NCBI GenBank assembly: GCA_027317185.1
Contig: DAHVFB010000007.1
Coordinates: 1,064 to 65,063, forward strand
DNA length: 64,000 nt
Origin: Deltaproteobacteria bacterium
GTDB taxonomy: Bacteria > Desulfobacterota > Binatia > Binatales > Binataceae
Direction: 5' to 3'
Under the pieces are notes generated by a model. It worked only from the letters and a program-made list of their open reading frames with translations. It ran no database searches and was not told the origin of the DNA. Each line of letters begins with the position of its first letter. Positions within the stretch are counted from its first letter, which is position 1. The position numbers were made by a program, and so were the translations under genes. Below are positions 11,433 through 18,667 of the stretch, piece by piece.

Positions 11433-13022
11433 ATGCCAGCCGAACGGAAGCAAGTGCTCGATGAGGTTGCGGCTCGTTGGAACGGCAGAGTTCAATTGAG
11501 CCCGGAAGACGGTTCGGAATCGGCTTATCGGCTGGAGTGTGAACCTGCGGAGCTATCGGAGGTTTGCAATTGGTTGTTCTCCGATCTGCATTACAGTTTC
11601 GGCGGTCTGGTAGTCGAGCAACTAACGCGGTGGGAACTGCGGTACGTATTCTATGGCGGGCCGGGAGCGGGCTGGTTGCATGTGCTGACTCATCTAGCTC
11701 CGTCGGATTATCGGGTGCCCAGCGTCAGCAGGCTCGTGCATGCGGCTGACTGGCACGAACGCGAGGTCGAGGACCTGTTCGGGCTGGTCTTCGAGGGGCA
11801 TCCGCGCCTCGGCGATTTCGTACTTCACGACGACGCCTGGCATGAGGGCGTCGCTCCGATGCGTAAGAGCTTCGATGGGCGCCAACCGGTGACGCATCGT
11901 GCGCCCGACCAGAACTGGAAGCCGCGCCAGATCGTCGAGGAGGCGGGAGCGTTCTTGATGCCGATCGGACCCATCTATGCCACCGCAACCGGGCCGGTGC
12001 ACTTTCAGCTTGAAACCGTGGGCGAAGATGTAATCCGCGTGCAGCCGCGCCTCTTCTATGCATACCGCGGGCTGGAAAAGATCGCCGAGGGGCGCCGGGC
12101 TGAGGACGTTCTACTGATAGCGGAGCGTATCAGCGCAACATCAGCATTCGCTCATTCACTCGCGGTCTGTCAGGCCGTGGAGCGTATCTGCCACATGGAG
12201 GTGCCTCCGAGAGCGCGCGCGCTAAGAATATTCGTTGCGGAGTTCGAACGCCTTCGGCATCACGTCGCGGCGATCGAGGGAATCTGTGAATCGACCGGCC
12301 TTGCGGTTGCAGCCGCCCAGGCCTCGATTCTCGAAGAGGACCTGCTGCGACTTTCCTGTGTGCTGACGGGGCATCGTTATCTCTTCGGCCTCGGAACCTT
12401 CGGTGGCTTGACGATCAACCTTGACGATTCGGCCTGCAACCGAGCCGCAGCACAGGTGCGAGAAGTGGCCGAAAAGCTCTCGCGCCTTGAGCGGATGTTG
12501 AGCATATCCAGCAGTTTTCTAGACCGACTGGAGGAGGTCGGCCACGTTTCCGCAGGCGAGGCCGGCGACTTCGGGCTGGTCGGACCGATCGCCCGCGCCT
12601 CAGGTGTCTCGCGGGATATGAGGAAGGCCCAGCCATATTCCGGCTATGACCAGATCGAGTTTGAGGTTCCCCACGAATCGGAAGGAGACGGATACGCACG
12701 GTTGCGTATGTTCTTTCGAGAGGCGGCGCAATCAGTGCGGATCATCTCGACGGTTGGCCAAGCGGTTCCTGGGGGGCAGGTTCGCGCGCCGGAAGTCAGC
12801 TTCAGGCCGGGTGCCGCGCTGGGCTGGGTCGAAGCACCGCGCGGGGCCGCGTTGCATTGGATTCGCCTCGGCGAGGACGGCGTGGTGGATCGCTACCGAA
12901 TCATCACGCCGTCATTCGCGAACTGGCATGGCTTCAGGCTCGCGGCCGAAAACTTTGCGTTTCAGGATTTTCCGATAATCCTCGCGACGTTCGCGCTCTC
13001 AGTTCACGAGAACGATCGCTAG
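11433..13022 (+). CDS. fused NuoC-NuoD-like 'large subunit' (HycE/EchE-like) lacking NiFe-binding cysteines
   Basis: N-terminal NuoC-like 150 aa plus a NuoD/[NiFe]-large-subunit fold. The L1 motif position reads RISATSAFAH and the L2 position TPSFANWH, so both Cys pairs are replaced. Confidence 0.85.
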   Translation: MPAERKQVLDEVAARWNGRVQLSPEDGSESAYRLECEPAELSEVCNWLFSDLHYSFGGLVVEQLTRWELRYVFYGGPGAGWLHVLTHLAPSDYRVPSVSRLVHAADWHEREVEDLFGLVFEGHPRLGDFVLHDDAWHEGVAPMRKSFDGRQPVTHRAPDQNWKPRQIVEEAGAFLMPIGPIYATATGPVHFQLETVGEDVIRVQPRLFYAYRGLEKIAEGRRAEDVLLIAERISATSAFAHSLAVCQAVERICHMEVPPRARALRIFVAEFERLRHHVAAIEGICESTGLAVAAAQASILEEDLLRLSCVLTGHRYLFGLGTFGGLTINLDDSACNRAAAQVREVAEKLSRLERMLSISSSFLDRLEEVGHVSAGEAGDFGLVGPIARASGVSRDMRKAQPYSGYDQIEFEVPHESEGDGYARLRMFFREAAQSVRIISTVGQAVPGGQVRAPEVSFRPGAALGWVEAPRGAALHWIRLGEDGVVDRYRIITPSFANWHGFRLAAENFAFQDFPIILATFALSVHENDR

Positions 13023-13040
13023 TAGGTACGGCTAACCATC

Positions 13041-13811
13041 ATGAGCCAATGGGTAATCAAGGGTCTCAGAACCGGCGTTAAGAGCACCCGCTACCCGCGC
13101 GCCGAGGAAACTGCGGCTGGAATTTCGCCGGGCCTGCCGACTGCCGCGACACTCCCCTTGGAAGTGGCCCAGTCACTCGTGGCGCGTTGTCCGGCCGACG
13201 CTCTTGAACTGGCTCCGGCCGGCGTGGACGTGAACCTGCGCCGATGTATTCACTGCTTCCGCTGCGTGCGTGGCACGAACAGTCCGCTCGGATGGGAACA
13301 CAGCTACGAATGGGCCACCGCAGTTTCGGGTGGCAATGATCAAAAGCGGCAGTTCGGTCCGGCGTTCGATCGATCGGTTCACATCCTCGTGGTCGATACA
13401 GGCGACTGCGGGGCGTGCCTGAACGAGGTCCGACAGCTCAACAATCCCTACTACAACATGCATCGCCTCGGCTTCTTTCTCACTCCAACGCCACGTCATG
13501 CCGATGTGTTGCTGGTAGTCGGAGCGCTGACCGACCACATGCGAGTGCCGCTGCGCAAGGCCTACGACGCGATGCCCAGCCCGAAACGGGTCGTAGCCGT
13601 TGGGGCCTGCGCGCTATCGGGAGGAATCTTTGGCCGCAGCTTTATGTGCGCAGGCGGAGTGGCCGAGCTGCTCCCGGTCGATGTCGAGGTGCCGGGCGAT
13701 CCGCCACCGCCACTCGCGATTCTGCACGGACTGTTGGTTGCGGTTGGCCGGAAACCCCCGGCCCGTTTGCATCGCGCAGTGAGCGACTCGGTGGGGAACG
13801 CGTCGGGATGA
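13041..13811 (+). CDS. NuoB/HycG-like small subunit with N-terminal ferredoxin-like CxxCxxC segment
   Basis: C-terminal HILVVDTGDCGAC .. GACALSGG .. VPGDPPPP follows the NuoB pattern, with the 4th Cys replaced by Asp. The N-terminus has CIHCFRC. Confidence 0.8.
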   Translation: MSQWVIKGLRTGVKSTRYPRAEETAAGISPGLPTAATLPLEVAQSLVARCPADALELAPAGVDVNLRRCIHCFRCVRGTNSPLGWEHSYEWATAVSGGNDQKRQFGPAFDRSVHILVVDTGDCGACLNEVRQLNNPYYNMHRLGFFLTPTPRHADVLLVVGALTDHMRVPLRKAYDAMPSPKRVVAVGACALSGGIFGRSFMCAGGVAELLPVDVEVPGDPPPPLAILHGLLVAVGRKPPARLHRAVSDSVGNASG

Positions 13812-15958
13812 CCTCCATGGGCCTGCTACTGGTCATTATCGTGGCGCTGTGCGGCGCCGGCGTGGTTTTGCCGCTGGCCATTGAAGAACGGCGAACGCCA
13901 GCGATCGTGGGCTGGTTCGGAGCGTGCGCGGCGGGCGTCTTGCTCTGCTTCAGCGGAGCCTCACTGTTTGCGGGCGCGCCGTTTCACGCGACGCTGTGGA
14001 CCATTCCATCGCTGGCGACGCTCACGCTGTCACTCGACCGGCTCTCTGCGCTGTTTCTTTTTATTTCAGGCCTGGTCCTGCTTCCCGGTTCGATTTTCGC
14101 GGCTGGCAATCTCCATAGGTACATGGGCCGTTACAGTCTTAGGGCCTTTAGCGTTCTATATTTCGCGCTCTATGCGACGCTGGTGCTGATTCCCCTGTCG
14201 GCCGACGCGGTCTCCTTTCTGATGTTGTGGGAATCGATGTCGATCCTGATCTACCTGCTGGTGAACTACGAAGACGAAATGGAAGAACACCTGCGGGCGG
14301 GATACTTGATGCTGGCGGTTGGCGAGGCCGGCACACTCCTCATCGCGCTGGCGTTCATAGTACTCGCCAATAATGGCTCGCTTGAATTCGTCGCGATGGA
14401 GGCTGGGGGAGGTGCGCTGGGCGAATACGCGCGATGGGCTGTCTTCCTGCTCGCGTTCTTCGGCTTCGGAGTCAAGGCCGGTCTCATCCCGGTTAATTTC
14501 TGGCTCCCGCAGGCGTACGCCGCGGCGCCGGATGCTTTCGTCCCGGTGCTGGCTGGAGCAACCTTGAACCTCGGTCTTTACGGAATCGTCAGAGTGAACG
14601 GTGACCTGCTGCCGGTTGCGGCGATCGGCCCCGGCCTCGTCGCGCTCATCGTCGGCAGCGTTACCGCGCTGCTCGGCATTCTCTACGCGACGACGCAGAG
14701 CGATCTCAAGACCATGCTCGCGCACAGTTCGATCGAGAATGCCGGCATTATCACAGCGGCGCTCGGCGCGGGGTTTATCTTCGTGGCCTTGGCGCATCCG
14801 TCGCTTGCGGCGATCGCGTTTGCGGCGGCCTTCTACCACATGGTGAACCATTCGATTTACAAGGCCCTGTTGTTCTTCGCGACCGGCGCGGTTGATTCGA
14901 ATACCGGAACCCGAAACATCGACCGGCTGGGAGGCTTGATAAAGGCGATGCCTCTCACCGCGTTGTTCTTTCTGGTTGGCGCACTGTCGATCGCGGCGCT
15001 GCCGCCGTTCAACGGATTCGTTAGTGAATGGCTCACGTTGCAGGCGATGCTGCAAAGCGCGGGACTTGCTTCGACTGGCGTGAAAATCGTCTTTGCGCTT
15101 TGCGGCGCGATCCTCGCCCTGACGGCGGCGCTTGCGGTGACCTGCTTCGTTAAGGCGTTCGCGATGAGTTTCCTCGGGATGCCACGGTCTGATTCGGCGG
15201 CGCAGGCCCGGTCGGCGCGAGCCTCGGCGACTATTCCGATGGCATTCCTCGCCGTGCTCTGCTTCATCCTGGGAGTGACTCCGACCTACGTCATTCCGGT
15301 GCTCGACGGAGCTATCGCGCCGATCGCGGAGCAGGCGCGCGCCGCCGACGCCCTGGTGCCACCCTTCTTTGCTGGCAACGTCCATCACGGCGAGCTGCCC
15401 GCATCCTTCGTCGCGGATTTTCACGCGCTTGGCGCGCAAGTCGGGCAGAGCGTAATGCCGGGACGTGGACTCATTGTGATGCATCGCGGCGGCGCGGCCA
15501 ATCCGGTGGTGTTCGCGATGTCCACCACGTACATGGCCGTGGTCCTGGCGCTGATGCTGCTCGCTACCTACGTCGTGTTTCGATTGATTGTCGCGCGAAG
15601 CCGCGCCGTCGAACGGCGCGCGGTCTGGGATGGTGGAATCCGACGCTTGCTGCCGGAGATGACCTACACCGGTACCGGATTCTCGAACCCGGTGCGCGTC
15701 ATCTTCGAAGCGGTATTCAGGCCCACAACCGTGGAAGACACCCGGGAGACGGTCGGCAAGCATTTCCGGGCCGCGATTCGGCGCACGCACGGCGAAAACC
15801 ATGTGCTGGACCGCTTGGTGCTCAATCCGATCGCGGACGCCGCGCTATGGGTATCAAACGGTTTTGCCCGGATGCATCATGGCTTCCTCAATGCCTACGT
15901 TCTCTACGGGCTCATCGCGCTGATTGTGGCGCTTCTGATCGCGAGGTTCTCCTCATGA
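13808..15958 (+). CDS. Mrp/NuoL-type antiporter-like subunit (HyfB/NuoL-like)
   Basis: About 717 aa polytopic protein with FWLPQAYAAAPDAFVPV and HSSIENAGII motifs. Start taken at MTSMGLL (the ATGA overlap with the upstream gene), not the long Arg-rich N-extension in the ORF track. Confidence 0.85.
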   Translation: MTSMGLLLVIIVALCGAGVVLPLAIEERRTPAIVGWFGACAAGVLLCFSGASLFAGAPFHATLWTIPSLATLTLSLDRLSALFLFISGLVLLPGSIFAAGNLHRYMGRYSLRAFSVLYFALYATLVLIPLSADAVSFLMLWESMSILIYLLVNYEDEMEEHLRAGYLMLAVGEAGTLLIALAFIVLANNGSLEFVAMEAGGGALGEYARWAVFLLAFFGFGVKAGLIPVNFWLPQAYAAAPDAFVPVLAGATLNLGLYGIVRVNGDLLPVAAIGPGLVALIVGSVTALLGILYATTQSDLKTMLAHSSIENAGIITAALGAGFIFVALAHPSLAAIAFAAAFYHMVNHSIYKALLFFATGAVDSNTGTRNIDRLGGLIKAMPLTALFFLVGALSIAALPPFNGFVSEWLTLQAMLQSAGLASTGVKIVFALCGAILALTAALAVTCFVKAFAMSFLGMPRSDSAAQARSARASATIPMAFLAVLCFILGVTPTYVIPVLDGAIAPIAEQARAADALVPPFFAGNVHHGELPASFVADFHALGAQVGQSVMPGRGLIVMHRGGAANPVVFAMSTTYMAVVLALMLLATYVVFRLIVARSRAVERRAVWDGGIRRLLPEMTYTGTGFSNPVRVIFEAVFRPTTVEDTRETVGKHFRAAIRRTHGENHVLDRLVLNPIADAALWVSNGFARMHHGFLNAYVLYGLIALIVALLIARFSS

Positions 15959-15971
15959 AGCTTGACCGGCG

Positions 15972-16961
15972 GTGCGGCTAGACTTAGCTTATGGGTACAG
16001 GTGGTGGAGTCCACCAGGAACCGCCATCCGGCCAATGACTCCTGCAGCGGGTAGAGACCCGCGGCGGGAGGACTCCTTCCGACTCTCGGGTCTCGAGACC
16101 GCTCCGACGATTGTTGATCGGAGACCGGAAGTGCTCGAGCGCCTGACAAAGAATTTCCGAGAACTCCTCAAGCAGTTCGGTGGCGCCTCGTGCTCCCTGT
16201 GCGCCGTATTGAAACGGCGGGAGGAAGAGGAAATCGAGCGAGTGCGCGCTAGCAGTGCCTCGGCCAGAGTCTTGTGCGGCCCGCATCTCGAGATGGTGCT
16301 GTTCGCGGTTGCCAGCCCGATGACAAGGGCGGGAGTGACTCGCAGTGCGATCGAATCGGTCCTCGCCGACCGATCCGATTGCGACGCGTGCTCAAGGCTC
16401 AGCCAAATCGAGCTTAGGCTTGCACGCGCGATCCGCCGTTTGGACGGCGGGATGCGCTTCAGGAAGGCGCTCGAATCGGCGCCGCTTTTCTGCCGCAAGC
16501 ATGCGGATATCGTCGCGCAACAGGATGTCGCGGTTAACTTTGCACAGGTTCAGAGGGCGAAGCTCCTCCACTTACGCGATGCGCTCGCTCAGGCCGAGTT
16601 GCGTAACGGCGCAGAGATGGAATCGCTGATATTGACGGCGCTCACCTATCTGGCCGCTCCTCTTCAGCAAGAACCGCCGCCGGTGGAAGTCCACGATTCC
16701 TCCGATTGCACGGAGAACGAGGCGGCGGAATTCGAGCGATGGGAGGAAGCACGCCAGTTCAAGCATCTGGCCGACCTCGAGAGCGAAGCGGCAGGCCTGC
16801 GCTATCGCAACGCCGTGCTTTCTGAAGAGAACCGCAGACTCAAGCTCGCCCATGTCGCTGGCGAAGCGATCCGGCGCGACCTTGAGCACGATCGAGCACA
16901 GCTCCTCGCCGCGGCGAAGGAACAGGATGCAAAACCGCTGAAGTTTTCGAGCCGACATTAA
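15972..16961 (+). CDS. hypothetical protein with two CxxC-(26-31 aa)-CxxH modules and a C-terminal coiled coil
   Basis: CSLC..CGPH and CDAC..CRKH. First gene of the overlapping-stop operon. Start codon uncertain. Confidence 0.5.
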   Translation: MRLDLAYGYRWWSPPGTAIRPMTPAAGRDPRREDSFRLSGLETAPTIVDRRPEVLERLTKNFRELLKQFGGASCSLCAVLKRREEEEIERVRASSASARVLCGPHLEMVLFAVASPMTRAGVTRSAIESVLADRSDCDACSRLSQIELRLARAIRRLDGGMRFRKALESAPLFCRKHADIVAQQDVAVNFAQVQRAKLLHLRDALAQAELRNGAEMESLILTALTYLAAPLQQEPPPVEVHDSSDCTENEAAEFERWEEARQFKHLADLESEAAGLRYRNAVLSEENRRLKLAHVAGEAIRRDLEHDRAQLLAAAKEQDAKPLKFSSRH

Positions 16962-16979
16962 AAAGAGCCAATCACTCAT

Positions 16980-17675
16980 ATGCGAATCTGCATCATTTCA
17001 GACCTGCACGCGAACCTCGAAGCTCTTTCCGCCCTGCCACGCGACTATGATGAGTTGTGGGTATTGGGTGACCTGGTGAACTATGGTCCTGATCCGGCCG
17101 AAACGATCGACTTTGTGCGATCTCACGCGTCAACTGTCATCCGCGGAAACCACGACAACGCGGTGGGATTTGGAACGAATTGTGGGTGCTCGCCTCGATT
17201 CCGCACTATGGCCGAAGCGACGCGCCAATACACGACGTCGGTCCTGAGTGCTAGAGACAAACAGTTTCTTAGGGAGCTACCGACATGCGCCTGCCGCCAG
17301 GTCGACGGGCGGATATTCTTTCTCTGCCACGCGACTCCATCGGATCTGCTCTATGAGTACCGCGCGCCCGACTCGCCGCTGTGGGCGCGGGAAGAGGAGT
17401 CCAGTTCGGGAGCGAATGTCATCCTGGCGGGACACACACATCTGCCGTTCGCGCGCGTCTTTGGCGAACGTATCGTCGCTAATCCAGGAAGCCTTGGACA
17501 ATCGAAAGCAGGAGACCCGCGCGCCCGCTACGCCGTCTGGCAGGATGACCATATTGAGCTAAAGGCCTACGAATATCCCGTCGACAAGACGGTCGAGAAA
17601 ATCTTGGCGCTTCCGTTACCCGAGGAAGTAAAGCACGACCTCGTCTGCGTGCTTCGTACGGGGACAGCGCCGTGA
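16980..17675 (+). CDS. metallophosphoesterase (calcineurin-like, YfcE/MJ0936-type)
   Basis: DLH .. GDLVNYGP .. GNHD .. GHTH motifs. Confidence 0.85.
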   Translation: MRICIISDLHANLEALSALPRDYDELWVLGDLVNYGPDPAETIDFVRSHASTVIRGNHDNAVGFGTNCGCSPRFRTMAEATRQYTTSVLSARDKQFLRELPTCACRQVDGRIFFLCHATPSDLLYEYRAPDSPLWAREEESSSGANVILAGHTHLPFARVFGERIVANPGSLGQSKAGDPRARYAVWQDDHIELKAYEYPVDKTVEKILALPLPEEVKHDLVCVLRTGTAP

Positions 17676-18667
17676 GTACCAATAGTCATCGAAACACCGC
17701 TCCGGAGCCGGCTGCGATCACGGCTGACGCCGTAAAACTAGGCGATCTGAGACATCACCTCCGATCGCTGCACGATGGAGACGGCGCGGTGATTGAGGCA
17801 ATCGGCATCGGCGCTCCAGCGATTCCGGTCCTGCGGGAACTCCTGTTTGAGCGAGATCCCAGCGGGATTTTCGAGCCGCGGATGCGTGCCGCTCAGGCGC
17901 TGGCCGCGCTCAGAGCCACGAGCGAATTGCAGGAGTTTGTCCGCGAATGGAAATCGGCTTCGGACCCAGTCGAGCGGTTTGGAGACGAAGCGGTGCTGGG
18001 AGCCGTCGCCAGATTTTTGGGCGCCACGATGGAAGAAGACGTCTATGACATCCTGATGGCGATCGGCCGAAAGTATCCGGTGCCGGGCGTTATCGAAGCC
18101 TTAGGGCGATATGGCCGTTCGGAATCGGTTTCAATGATGCTCAGAGCCCTTGCCGATGACATCAGCCGGACCGCGGCGGAACAGGCATTAAGGATCCTCG
18201 GCGAGGCGGGAGTTCCCGCGCTCATCGAGGCCGCCATGCGGCCGGTCGCGAATTTTTGGGGCAGAGAAATTCCATCCAGTGTGCTTAGGCGGCGCAGCGC
18301 GTTAATGCTGCTGCTAGAATTTGGTGTTACGCGCGATACTTGGGACCGCATCCGCAGGTTGGTATCAGACTCAGACGACGAAATTTCGGTCCGTGCATGC
18401 GCAATTGGATTGACGGCGGGCATTCGTGCAGACCAGCGCGACTGCGCGTGGCGGATGTTGGAGTTACTGCGCGGGGTCGCGTGGCCGCTTCATCAGGAAA
18501 TCGAAAACTGCCTGATAGACAATTTCGCAATCGCTCGGGAGTTCGTCGATCAGGCTATCAAAGGACCGACGGACGACATCGCGGATGACTTCGCGCGCGC
18601 CCGATTCAAGCGATCACTCCGTCGGATCGCGGCAAGGGCGTTAACCAGACAGGAGCCCGGGAGTTGA
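17672..18667 (+). CDS. HEAT-repeat (PBS-lyase-like) protein
   Basis: Repeated approx. 30-aa helical repeats with (A/V)(A/R)xALG motifs. Overlaps its neighbours by 4 nt. Confidence 0.65.
   Translation: MSTNSHRNTAPEPAAITADAVKLGDLRHHLRSLHDGDGAVIEAIGIGAPAIPVLRELLFERDPSGIFEPRMRAAQALAALRATSELQEFVREWKSASDPVERFGDEAVLGAVARFLGATMEEDVYDILMAIGRKYPVPGVIEALGRYGRSESVSMMLRALADDISRTAAEQALRILGEAGVPALIEAAMRPVANFWGREIPSSVLRRRSALMLLLEFGVTRDTWDRIRRLVSDSDDEISVRACAIGLTAGIRADQRDCAWRMLELLRGVAWPLHQEIENCLIDNFAIAREFVDQAIKGPTDDIADDFARARFKRSLRRIAARALTRQEPGS

Noticed and set aside
14156-15802. 548-aa minus-strand ORF (and similar long ORFs at 43707-45773 minus, 60882-63146 plus, 58936-61179 plus, 35866-37041 plus, 39060-40250 plus, 40622-41839 minus, 50524-52311 minus, 26256-27290 plus)
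   Set aside because: Extremely Arg/Asp/His-rich, low-complexity translations lying antisense to genes with clear family assignments. These are typical shadow ORFs of high-GC DNA.
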